Translations under genes and position numbers: made by a program | Source of the DNA: Corallochytrium limacisporum Hawaii | Taxonomy: Eukaryota; Protista; Pluriformea | Length of the DNA: 49,240 nt | NCBI GenBank assembly: GCA_002811645.1 | Contig: PDIP01000039.1 | Coordinates: forward strand, 239,593-288,832 | Reading direction: 5' to 3' | In this document: positions 11,782-22,000 of the stretch, piece after piece | Layout: each line of letters begins with the position of its first letter | Numbering within the stretch: position 1 is the first letter of the stretch | The notes under the pieces: model-generated | Databases searched by the model: none | What the model saw: the letters and a program-made list of their open reading frames with translations, nothing else | Told to the model about the DNA's origin: nothing

Positions 11782-12678
11782 TCAAAGCCTCATACGCTGA
11801 GGTGAACCATCGAAATCGCTATACTCGCACTCATCCTCATCCTGGGTGTCCTGGGACATTGCAGAAGCCCGATTTGATCCACTCTGACTGACCTTCGTGG
11901 GCGATGGGCTGCCAAAATCAGTGTAATCCAATTCATCCTCGGCAGCAGCCGCTGCAGCTGATGAGGCCGCCGCTCTTTCAATTCGAGGAGTTGTTCCTCT
12001 GCTAAAGTCTGAGTACTCGTATTCCTCGTCCGCGGTAACTGCAGAGCTCATGTCGACTAGTGGCACCCTTGAAGTTGATGCACCTAATGCAACTGTGCCC
12101 ACATTACCGCAGTTTCTGTTGGTCTCCTCTCTCATGGATGGTTGTCTGCCCATCCGCTTCGCCTTCAAGGCCTCCATCAGTATGCTGATCTGGCTCTTGA
12201 CCTTGGCGTCAATCTCAGCAGCTTTGCCTGTAGCAAACTGGAAGACGCCTTCCCCAGTTTCACAACGCCGCCCAGCTTCGAGAGTAAAATCCGTTTCGTC
12301 TGCTCCAAACTTACGAATGAACTCCAAAGGGAATCCCGTAACCCGCTGGCCCTGCATAGTCCAGATCACGACTTCGTTAGAGGTGACCTGCAACTCAGCT
12401 CGTCCTCCGCTCAATGGAGGGCAGTCTCGGACTTCGACAATCCATGCATCTGGACGGCTTGGCTCAATCGGGATGGCTGACGGAATGGTAGAAGTATGAC
12501 CCATGGCTTCGATTTCATCCATGGAAGCCGCCGCACATTTTGGTGCGCATTCGTTGCATTCCTTATGGCATTTCAGCCTGCACAGACTGCATTTTAGTGT
12601 CGATCTCATGAGCATACTCTTCATGCACACACCACACTGGCCGGATCCTTTACCGGCTTTCTCCCAAATGTGCGTCAT
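11782..12678 (-). CDS. C1 zinc finger + IRS/Dok-type PTB domain adaptor protein (298 aa)
   Basis: C1 pattern H-x11-CxxC-x11-CxxC-x4-H-x2-C-x6-C; IRS-type PTB signature FPLEFIRKFG...FTLEAGRRCETGEGVFQFAT; acidic tyrosine-containing tail. Confidence 0.88.
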   Translation of the reverse strand: MTHIWEKAGKGSGQCGVCMKSMLMRSTLKCSLCRLKCHKECNECAPKCAAASMDEIEAMGHTSTIPSAIPIEPSRPDAWIVEVRDCPPLSGGRAELQVTSNEVVIWTMQGQRVTGFPLEFIRKFGADETDFTLEAGRRCETGEGVFQFATGKAAEIDAKVKSQISILMEALKAKRMGRQPSMREETNRNCGNVGTVALGASTSRVPLVDMSSAVTADEEYEYSDFSRGTTPRIERAAASSAAAAAAEDELDYTDFGSPSPTKVSQSGSNRASAMSQDTQDEDECEYSDFDGSPQRMRL

Positions 12679-13747
12679 TCTGCTGAATATCCGTCACAGG
12701 CCGGACTTACCTCGTGCCTTCAATTAAGGTCCAGCACCGTTCTCTTACTAAGCATGGGTTAGCCCAAAGCTCTGCACCTTGATCTACCCTTGAGGAACGT
12801 CAGTGTTGTCCTTTCGACTAGTTTCTGTACATGCACCCATGCATTCACGCTCGTACGCAATGCAAACTATCAAGATGTCTCAATTTCGTCGAGAAATCTC
12901 CGACATTGGTATCTCAACTAACAAAGCATCGATAAGCAGTGCTACGGACAAGCGTCCTAACGCCCACCTGCCCCCAACTTTGAGTCTGCACGCCTTACAC
13001 AGATGGTGGTACCGCTGATTGCCACAATGAAGGGTGTGTGAGTGCGATAGCAGGAAGAACAAACTTCTCCTTCCGTCTCGCTTGTGCAACGACCCCATAA
13101 CATGCCCTGTACCATCCGGTGTGCCAACATAACATCTCACCCTCCGCTGCCTTGCCCTCCCGAGGCCGCCCCCACAGATGCGATACCACGGTCGCTCCGC
13201 ACCACGGCTCCATGCAAAACCTAACCTCGCGACAACCCCCCCCTCCCTTGCTCCTTGGCCACCTCCTTCCAAGGGACCGGGGGCCCTTCGATTCGTTGAG
13301 CAGCCAACGGCGGGCGTCCCGCCTCCAAGTGCGACCCCGCCTTTGTCTGCCCTTTTCCCTCTTTCCTCCCCCAACGACCACGCCGCTTTTTACTTGGTCG
13401 GACCCACCTTTGGCGAGTGTCTTGGCCCCGACGAGTAAGGCACGAAACTAGACTCTGCATTAATGGATCGGGGGCCTATTTTAACCGGAGGATGCAGACG
13501 GCAAAAAGCATCTGTGTGCGCAGACCCATCGGGCTTTATGGCTGTTTTCTCCACTGTCCCTCGGGATCTGTATGATCGGTGTTCATATGCAAATGAGGAC
13601 AAATGCTACGCTTGTCTTCTTTTGCCAGCGCCTCTTGGCTCCAAATCTTTTTCTTGACGAACTGCCGTCATCAGGGAATGGTGCTGGGTAGAAAAGCACT
13701 TGGGACGTGGATCAAGATCTGTCAGAGGAGCAGTTGGAACAAACTTG

Positions 13748-14572
13748 ATGAAAGGGATAAGTACAGATACATTGAGAAGATCCCACCTGAACAACATGTG
13801 CTCCACCAGTAAGACTATGGAAATGATGGGCAAGTCCAGTGGCGGTGGTGGCGGTGGCGGCTCCTTCTCCACTGGTCCGAGAATTATTTCTCCGATCAAG
13901 GTCAAACAGAATCCGGCAGAGTACGTACTGCTCGATGTTCGGGAGAAGGATGAGCTTGACGGCCGTGATGTTGAGAAGCCTCTGAATGGCGCTGTTTGCA
14001 AACCTATGGGTAAACTTCTCACTGATGCACACAATGACATGTTGGACGAGTACAAGAGCCAGAAACTCGTCGTTTACTGTAACACTGGTTACCGGTCAGG
14101 GATTGCATGTAAGGCATTGGAGGATCTCGGATTTGATGCATACACACTGGAAATGGGTCTGCTCGGTTGGACTAACTACGCTGCGTTAACCCCAGAATTT
14201 GTCACTGTTCTAACTGTTAAAGATGACATTGAGAAGATCACGCTTGGCTTGAGCTTTGCCAACGCAGGGCTTCAGCAGGGAAAGACAGTCGCAGTGATTA
14301 TGTTTGGCGACGGCGTCGAGTTGGTACAGAAACCAGAACGGCTCGGAGGCAAGCTAATGTACGAGGACTGGAAGCTCAATGACCCATTCAAACCAGTTAA
14401 GGGACTCATGAACAAATTTGTGTCCGAGGGAGGCATTGTCTTCGCCTGTACAACATGCGTGAAAAGCCGGGGTATTACATATGCCGATCTCTTGGATTTT
14501 GTGTCCCCGATTCAGGCTCCAGATTTTGTAAGGATGGTCAGTCAAGCTGGTGGTAGCGTACAGTTAACGTGA
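13748..14572 (+). CDS. Rhodanese-DsrE/DsrF-like fusion sulfurtransferase (start may instead be ATG 13817)
   Basis: Rhodanese LLDVRE...LVVYCNTGYRS...LEMGLLGW; DsrE-like VAVIMFGDGVELV...FVSEGGIVFACTTCVKSRGI. Confidence 0.85.
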   Translation: MKGISTDTLRRSHLNNMCSTSKTMEMMGKSSGGGGGGGSFSTGPRIISPIKVKQNPAEYVLLDVREKDELDGRDVEKPLNGAVCKPMGKLLTDAHNDMLDEYKSQKLVVYCNTGYRSGIACKALEDLGFDAYTLEMGLLGWTNYAALTPEFVTVLTVKDDIEKITLGLSFANAGLQQGKTVAVIMFGDGVELVQKPERLGGKLMYEDWKLNDPFKPVKGLMNKFVSEGGIVFACTTCVKSRGITYADLLDFVSPIQAPDFVRMVSQAGGSVQLT

Positions 14573-14789
14573 CGATGATGATACTGCATCCTCATGACCT
14601 CTTCTATTGAATCAACTGCAGATTGCTTAAATGCTGTTACACCATTTGAGAGTGTCCTGAGAAACGGTATGTTGTCTATTTTCCAGATTTGGACGTGCAT
14701 TTCGGGTTTTTGAGTGCTTGATTGTACTGGGTGGATGTCGAAGAATATGGATAAAGGTAGTTTAGATGTTTTTAGTGCTCGTTGATTCG

Positions 14790-16343
14790 TTACCGCTGGT
14801 ACATTCCCAGGCCTTCCACCGCGAGGTTGCGGTTCTTGCCAGAAAGCTTGGTTCCGGCACTGGTCTTGGTCGTAGGACTGATCTTTGACCGTGTCATTGG
14901 ACCTGTATAGGCACCAGCAGCTGTAGAAGGAGCTGCAGGACCCCGCATTGGCTTCTTGACCAAATGATCACAGTATACCGGCTCCATACTCACTGGTGTC
15001 GTTTGTCCGGGGGCTCCATTGGGGTTGAGGGTCAGAGAGCCTAAGGAGGCAACAATGCCAGAGTCCTTCCTGCGTCCGAGTTGTTCTGTTGCGCTGGCTG
15101 CAACGACCGAAGCCGGACTGACCATTCCAATCTTCCGGCCAGAGTTGGTTCCCAGTGTCATTGCCGGGTCTTCTACAGCGGCATTTGCGTGCAAGCTACT
15201 GGCGCCGACTTCACTACGGCTGCGGTGGTTTGCATTGCCGTGTCTGCGTCGGAAGGTGTCACCCTCGCTAACCATCCAGTCGTGGCTGTGCTCAAGGAAA
15301 TGCTGTTGTGGTCCGATGACTGATCCAGGGCGATTCACCCGGAGCCATCCAATTGTTTCAGGCGGGGTGAAGCCGTAGTGCTTCATCATATACAGGCCGA
15401 TCAATGTTCCCGTGCGCCCCAAACCAGCCTTACAGTGAACTGCCACAACGCCCTTTGCATTCTCGCAAATATCCATAAAGCGACGCACAATATCCGGCGA
15501 GGGCGTGCTGCCGTCGACAAAGAACAGCTCGTGATGGTTGAATCCGGCCTGCTTGAAGTCGTTGGCATCGTACACCTTCTTGTTCAGACGGATTATATCA
15601 GTGACTCCATACTTCTTGAAGATCGGAATGTAGTCAGATGGAGTAAACAGACGGAAACCATAGGTGTAGACCGGTTCTGCCCGGGGTCCGCTAAAAGCAA
15701 TGAATTTGTCAGGAATCAGTACGTTCATATCTCCGTTTTCAACCCTTTCATAATGCTCATACTCGGTGATGGGAAAAGTGCTCATGTTCAGCCAACCGAG
15801 ACCAATACCACGGTGAAGGGCACGGCAGACATCAAGGATGGTGAGGTGATACGTAGTTGGTCCCATGCTGGCGTCCCGAAAAGGCATGAAACTCATGCGT
15901 GCAGCCTCAAAGGGGCGAATGGCCTCTTGCGGAGTCCATCCCAGAATGACTACGCAAAAGGCAGCCATCAGGCAGGCGGCGTTGGAGCGTCGCTGTGGTG
16001 TAGTGCCGCAGTAGTGGTAAATCTTCTTGGTTGGAGCGCTGCGGCTGGCCCGTGGACTCTTCATTGCCGCTGTGCGAAATTTTCCTTCAAGAATGCTACA
16101 GTACCGGTAGAGCAAACCCATGTTCAGGGGTCCGAAATCTGTGTAGAAGGGCTCGTAGCAGAGGGTGTCGTCAATGCTGAAAAAGATTGTGTCCTCGGTG
16201 GTTCGAGGATAGCCACGGAAGCTGACCCAATACAGCCGACCTGGAACGATCTCGAGTGCATCACGATGCCAAGTGGGCTCTACACTACTACTGCGGCGAC
16301 CGACAACAGGCCCAGCGGTGGACGGACGCATACCTCCCGTCAT
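14790..16343 (-). CDS. CDC14: Dual-specificity phosphatase Cdc14 (517 aa)
   Basis: YEPFYTDFGPLN, PFRDAS, YEHYERVENGDMN, FFVDGSTP, catalytic VHCKAGLGRTG, RPGSVIGPQQHFL. Confidence 0.97.
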   Translation of the reverse strand: MTGGMRPSTAGPVVGRRSSSVEPTWHRDALEIVPGRLYWVSFRGYPRTTEDTIFFSIDDTLCYEPFYTDFGPLNMGLLYRYCSILEGKFRTAAMKSPRASRSAPTKKIYHYCGTTPQRRSNAACLMAAFCVVILGWTPQEAIRPFEAARMSFMPFRDASMGPTTYHLTILDVCRALHRGIGLGWLNMSTFPITEYEHYERVENGDMNVLIPDKFIAFSGPRAEPVYTYGFRLFTPSDYIPIFKKYGVTDIIRLNKKVYDANDFKQAGFNHHELFFVDGSTPSPDIVRRFMDICENAKGVVAVHCKAGLGRTGTLIGLYMMKHYGFTPPETIGWLRVNRPGSVIGPQQHFLEHSHDWMVSEGDTFRRRHGNANHRSRSEVGASSLHANAAVEDPAMTLGTNSGRKIGMVSPASVVAASATEQLGRRKDSGIVASLGSLTLNPNGAPGQTTPVSMEPVYCDHLVKKPMRGPAAPSTAAGAYTGPMTRSKISPTTKTSAGTKLSGKNRNLAVEGLGMYQR

Positions 16344-17233
16344 TTTTCTGTGAATTTATGTCTTCACGTTTTATAGTCTTGCCAATATTTTTCTTTAACC
16401 GCGGTTCTGATCACTACTTCTGCGAATTCTTACTTTGTTGCCCTCTGTGCCCGAACTCCAACTTCTTCGTCGCACACTAGTACACTACTGGTATATGTAT
16501 TAGTTACAAATATTATGCGCTGCTTGATCCAAATACTAGAAGATCGAGTAAACCTGTACTTCCCCGATTGTTTATATTACACTATGCAGCGCCCCGAGGA
16601 ACTGGCGGTACGCTGATCTACCTCTCACAAGTACCTTTGCATTAGATAACCACTAGCATATAGGACTTTATGCCCAAAGAGACAGAAGAACCCAGAGGGA
16701 CAGGTCGTAAATCACTCCTTCCTCACTGGAATCCCATTTCAGCAGGCAGCGGAAACCCACGGCCAAAAATGGTTCTAAACAAGCGGGACCCGCACGCATA
16801 CCCACAGGTCAACACCACAGTAATACACATCGTCTACGCTCTCGAAAACTGTACACATAAGATACTCAGGCTAAAGATGTGATGTCGACAAGGGCTCTTA
16901 CTGAGCTCACCCCGGTGAGGATTCTTGGGGATGTGCGCCGATATTGTTCTTCACTCCCGGTGTTGGATCGCCCTTCCTATTCCCCCACCTCTCTGTGCGG
17001 TCTCCTGCGAAATTCCATACTTACACAACTGCTCCAACCAACCCGACCGTTGCGCACGCTATCGAATTCGGACGGTCGTGACGGAGCCCCTCGGGGACGT
17101 GTGTCGGTCCGGTTTTTAGCGGAGTATGCACGGGGACCGAGGGGGAAAGGGATTGGGTGTTGTCAGAGTTTTTTGGTGCCTGCCACACTGCGAAACCTCC
17201 CCACCGCCTGGGGAAGTTCACGGGCAATAAGGA

Positions 17234-17335
17234 GTGAGAGAGACACACACAGCGAGAGAGAGAGAGAGTGAGTGTGTGTGTGAGGTAGGGGAGGGGGGAA
17301 AGGGGAGCGAGAGAGGGAGAGATGTGTGTGCGTGT
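17234..17335. repeat. (GA)n/(GT)n/(CA)n compound microsatellite
   Basis: gagagagacacacacagcgagagagagagagagtgagtgtgtgtgtgag. Confidence 0.8.
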
Positions 17336-19357
17336 ATTGCTGCCCCTTCCTGGCCCACTCTGACATGCCCCCAGTCACTGCCAGCTTGGGAAGGAAGGTG
17401 CAGCAGTCACAGGTGTGGTGGTCCATGTTCAGTTGGAGGGCCACTGTTACCGTACTCCTGCCATTGTTCTGCTCTGTTATGTATGCATGTCGTCCTTTTC
17501 CGGAAACAGACTGTGTACCACGTACTGTCTATACAATTGATAATTTGCAATGGTGCTAAAATAGGCTGATGGAAGTGAAAGAACACACACTTTGCACTCT
17601 ACAGCTATGGGGACCTAACCGACAGTCGCAAGAGTTGTCACGCGGTACTAGACGCCTCGCCTCTGCTCTCCTTTTGACCCAATCCCGTCTCTGGTATGAA
17701 CAACGGAACACAGACGCAAAGCACCGAAGTCAACCCTTAAGTCGGACGGTTGCTGTGAGCAATACAGTCGGAGTCAACTAAGAAATTTCTGTTTGGGTAC
17801 TCCGGTCCTTCGTTCTGAATGACCAGTGGAACCTGGACTGTTGCAAAGCAAAGAATAAAAGTGGCTGCTGTGGGTGCTGGTCCCCACGCCGTTCTAGACT
17901 GCCTTCACTATGGCAGCCCGACGAAGCCGTTGGTGGGGAGGCCGAAAAGCACCTTGCTGTGTGTCGTTCTATTGCTACTGTGGTTTTGTTAGCTATATGC
18001 CTCAGCAACTCTAAACGTCTCATCACTGACAGTTTCATCATTGATGCTCTTTTTGCTAGTAGTGCTACTACAATGTAACAATACAATCTTTTGTTGATCG
18101 TACTCCATCATCCACCTGGTGTGTCTAAAACATGAACGGGTCGTTGTACAACAATGAGAACTGGAGAGCTCTACTATGTAATTGGCCTCCTCCAGCTCAG
18201 AATCATTGCAACATGCACCATATCAGCCCTCATCAGGCATCTTGAACATGTATTAGTTGTATCACTCTTACTCTGTGTCATCATGCTCCGAAACCTGAAA
18301 TGCACCGACGGGCTGATGATTCATCAGGTCAATGCATGTTCGCGCCGCCTGAGGGCTTCAATATTCCCAAGTTGTACTTTTCGCTAGAGTTCAGTAAGGC
18401 TGTGCTACTAAATATATTGAAAATTGTGGATCCCCCGCTCCCCCCCCGACCCACAGTAACCACACTGGACCGCTGGCCCCGTGCCGCTTTCCCTGACAAA
18501 ACCCTCGCCCGTCCCCGTTACCCACTACCAAAGAAAACCCAATACATTCAATATGAATTGGACCCCCCTGGCTGCGGTTGCCAAGGGAATTCAAGGACCG
18601 GACAGGAAAACAAAGAAGAAGATACTTTGCAACCGGAAATTCGTTCACACACTTTCAGTACTGAAACTCTGGAGCAGTACCGTAACCCTCGGCAACATGA
18701 CGATGGTGAAGTGTGGGTGAATGTTTCATGGGCTTCAAGCGCGAGCAGAGGAAGAATATTACGTCTCTTTGGGCCACTGATTGGCTATGTACATATGGTG
18801 GATGTTTGGAATGCAGCGTAGATAACAAAAGTATATCCGTAAGCAGGCCTTCCCTTATGGTGAAAGGTGTGCTGGTCTGGAAACTTAGCCATGTGGGCGG
18901 TAAGTGGTCTCGAACGGTCGGTCAACCCAATGCGTGGATGGATGGCTTGTAGAGATGTCTGTGGGCCGAAGCCCGTCCAGCTTGCTTCACTCCGTTCATA
19001 CCACGGTCTGGGCACTTTCCTCGTGTCTCTTGGTTCTGCGGAATGGCATATCATTACGGATCGACAAAACTTGGACCTAGGTGTGCCTACCAAGTGTTCA
19101 ATCGCCGGTATAGATGATTGTCAGTGTGTACGCGCACTTGGAACGTCAGAGGTAGTGTCAACAGGAAAGTACGCCTTTAAAGTAATGAAGAGTCATCATT
19201 TATTCTACGGCTGCTGCATGCTTGAGGGGAATCAGTTGTGAAAGTGTCCATGCATGAGCTGCATATGACAGGGAAAAGAAATCCAGGGTCGCTTTCCAAT
19301 ATGATAAATTTGGCTTTTTCTTCAGGTTTTCAATTTTCAATAGTTTTGAATATGAAC

Positions 19358-20926
19358 TTACATGTCCTCGTCATCGCCGAGGTCGACCAGGAAGTAGTCA
19401 ATAATACCCTCTCCTGTCTTACTCTGATTCACGAAGCGGTAGCGATTTGCAGGGGGCACCCTGAAGCGCATGCCCGAAGCCAGCGTCTGCACATTGTCCG
19501 CGATGGTCACCTCGACCTTGCCTTTCTCAACCTTACCGTAAAGCCAGCGGTTTTGACACTGCGCATCCATGGTGTCACCCCCGGGTTTCAGAATGAGCTC
19601 ACCCCACTGCAGCAGGTCCTCTTTGACGGCTTTGGCAATAAGGAAGGATGGATGATCCTTCTTCTGTGTGTAGACCAGATCGGCAGGGTTGATAAATACA
19701 ATCTCTTTCCGGCTCTTGTTCCCCATGGGGTCGTAGACCGGCTGAGCCTTGCCAACAACATTCGCAGCCACCGGAGTCTGCTGGTAATTTGAAGTCTCGG
19801 TGAGTACTTTGCGGGTCTTCTCCTTCTTCGGCCCCTTATTCTTGAGGAAGTTGTAGGTCATCAGCTGATCGTCACCAGCAGCCCACCACGAACGTTTGGC
19901 TCCACGAGTAGCACGACGACTGCGACGAACGCCGTTCTCGTCGATGGTTGTACCCGCCGTACCGGCGACAGTGCTCGGCATCCAAGGAGTGTTCAGGCGC
20001 TGGAGTTCCATGTACTTGTTGATGGGATGAGAAGTACCGCTCTTGGTCTTCTTCTTGGGCTTTGGGGCCTCGTCGTCGTCGGTTAAACCGCTGGCCTTAC
20101 GAAGCTTGGACTTGGTCACAGTTGGGGATGGCTCCGCATTCTCTTGGTTCTCCTGGTCTTCCTCAGGAACGGGCTCAGGTTCCTCAGCGGCCTGCTCGCC
20201 AGCAACATCCTCGGCAATGTCCATGAGGTTCTGATTCATTTGCAGGTCAGCCATGTCATCCTCTTCGTCTTCGTCTTCCTCCTGGTCATCAGCTGCCTCC
20301 ATTTGATCATCGTTGTCCTGATCAACTTCTGCCTCTGCCTGTTCCTCTTCCTGATCCTCCACTTCCTGTCCTTCTTCCTCCTCCTCTTCTTCCAAGTCTT
20401 CCTCTTCTTCGTGGATGGGCAGCTCCTCGTCGACATGTTCCATTCCATCATCTTCGATGCCAAAACCTGCTTCTGGGGCACCGAAATCGTGTGCTTGTCC
20501 GAAAGAATCGTCATCATCGACCACATTGGCACCAATAGCTTCATTAAGCAAATCCGCAGCGTTCACAACAGCGGTTGGATCCTCCATATCTTCACCATCG
20601 CTGTCAGCCATAGACACATTGGTTTTGTTCGGAGTCTCAAGCACGCGCTCCTCGGGTGCACTGATCATTTTACGACGAGCGAGATCGGGGGAGCCTGGCG
20701 CATCCGTGACCTTTTGGGCACTGCTGCGCTCCAGTTCAAGTTGTCTCTGACGCTGAATCTTCTTCAGAAAGGTAGGGTTTGCATAGTGGTCATCCTCAGG
20801 ATCGGAATCGAACATACCCTCATTGTTCAGGTTCCTGGCACTTTGTTGTGTCCTCTTAAGGTCACTGTCCGGAATATGCGTACCGGTCCTGCGACCACGA
20901 GGGTTACTCTTCACTGCAGTAGGCAT
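19358..20926 (-). CDS. CENPC: Centromere protein C / Mif2 homolog (522 aa)
   Basis: N-terminal GRRTG (Mif2-like), long acidic tract, CENP-C motif GVRRSRRATRGAKRSWW, C-terminal cupin (GELILKPGG...GKVEVTI...GMRFRVPPANRYRFVN). Confidence 0.85.
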   Translation of the reverse strand: MPTAVKSNPRGRRTGTHIPDSDLKRTQQSARNLNNEGMFDSDPEDDHYANPTFLKKIQRQRQLELERSSAQKVTDAPGSPDLARRKMISAPEERVLETPNKTNVSMADSDGEDMEDPTAVVNAADLLNEAIGANVVDDDDSFGQAHDFGAPEAGFGIEDDGMEHVDEELPIHEEEEDLEEEEEEEGQEVEDQEEEQAEAEVDQDNDDQMEAADDQEEDEDEEDDMADLQMNQNLMDIAEDVAGEQAAEEPEPVPEEDQENQENAEPSPTVTKSKLRKASGLTDDDEAPKPKKKTKSGTSHPINKYMELQRLNTPWMPSTVAGTAGTTIDENGVRRSRRATRGAKRSWWAAGDDQLMTYNFLKNKGPKKEKTRKVLTETSNYQQTPVAANVVGKAQPVYDPMGNKSRKEIVFINPADLVYTQKKDHPSFLIAKAVKEDLLQWGELILKPGGDTMDAQCQNRWLYGKVEKGKVEVTIADNVQTLASGMRFRVPPANRYRFVNQSKTGEGIIDYFLVDLGDDEDM

Positions 20927-22000
20927 GATTGTTGTGTATGTTGGTGTACCCTCCTAATGGACTTGGATCAAAATAACTTGCTTCCTCAATCCGAAATAAA
21001 TAGCTCTCAACTTGTATTTAAATGTGTGGAAGCGTGACCAGCACTTCTTTCACACTATCAAATGAATGCTACCGAAATTAATTCAAACAGTTTGGATAAA
21101 TTACGTCCGAGTTGTGCGTTCTCCGAGAAAATTGTGTACTATATAAAACCCAAGCAGACCTTCAAATACCTAAGTGGTGCCAAGAGTTGATTTAATACTC
21201 AGCTTGGAGACATGAAAAGAAAACAGTGTCGTCGCCACACAAAAGCTCCATTTGGAACACCGCCGCACAAAGGCCAGCAAACCAAAACCCCGGCCCGCAC
21301 ACAAAACCTGTCTTGCACTGCGCGCTAGCAGTCCCGCCCTTTACTCGGAAATGAGCGCCTGCCCAACTTCGAACTCACCGCGCCAAAAATGAAAAATTGG
21401 GACCACCCGTGGGGCGGTCCCCCGGCGGGCACGAAGAGCCTAAAAAATTAGCGCCCCCCGCCCTTTCAACGCGAGGGGCGCAGTCACCGCTGAGAGAAGG
21501 GAAGTAGGGGTAGGGGGCCAGGCCCCCCGTCATTTCGCGCGCGAAATACTTTTTCGTGTGAGGTACCCCCCGGGCCCAGCGGGTCAGGGCGAAGTAATGA
21601 TAATGAACGGGTGCCTGTGGTAATGGATGTACCGAACTTGGGCCTATACCAATGTACCAACTCGACTCGCTCCATACATGGTCCAAATATTCCCAATCAA
21701 CCCCCCCCGGGGGAGAGTTTCTTTCAAAAAACGTAGGTATGTCACATTTAGGCGCCGCCTGGAGGTTGAGAAGTGGAAACATCCTTTGCCTGGGCGGTGC
21801 GTAAAAGATAACATCGCATGAGTGAGCAGATGATGCATCATCGCTTTCAAAGCCATGTCCTAGATGTTGATATCAGTCACGAGAAACTCTCCGTCCACAG
21901 TATCATGGAAGACTAAGGGATACAGTTTAATGATTGAGTATATGGTGACAATGGGTGAAACTTCATATGTTGGCTAGACAAACGCAGCAAGTAACTATCA

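Noticed and set aside
12680-12710. Minus-strand GTAAGT...CAG micro-intron upstream of the C1-PTB gene
   Set aside because: Only 28-31 nt, and no upstream coding exon could be established
15378-16376. Long antisense ORFs (also 4603-5325, 20144-21037, 33345-34010)
   Set aside because: Shadows of well-supported genes on the opposite strand, expected from codon bias
21360-21385. tRNA T-loop-like GTTCGAA on the minus strand
   Set aside because: Flanks do not form a T-stem or cloverleaf; no tRNA, rRNA, CRISPR array or transposase was recognised anywhere in the window
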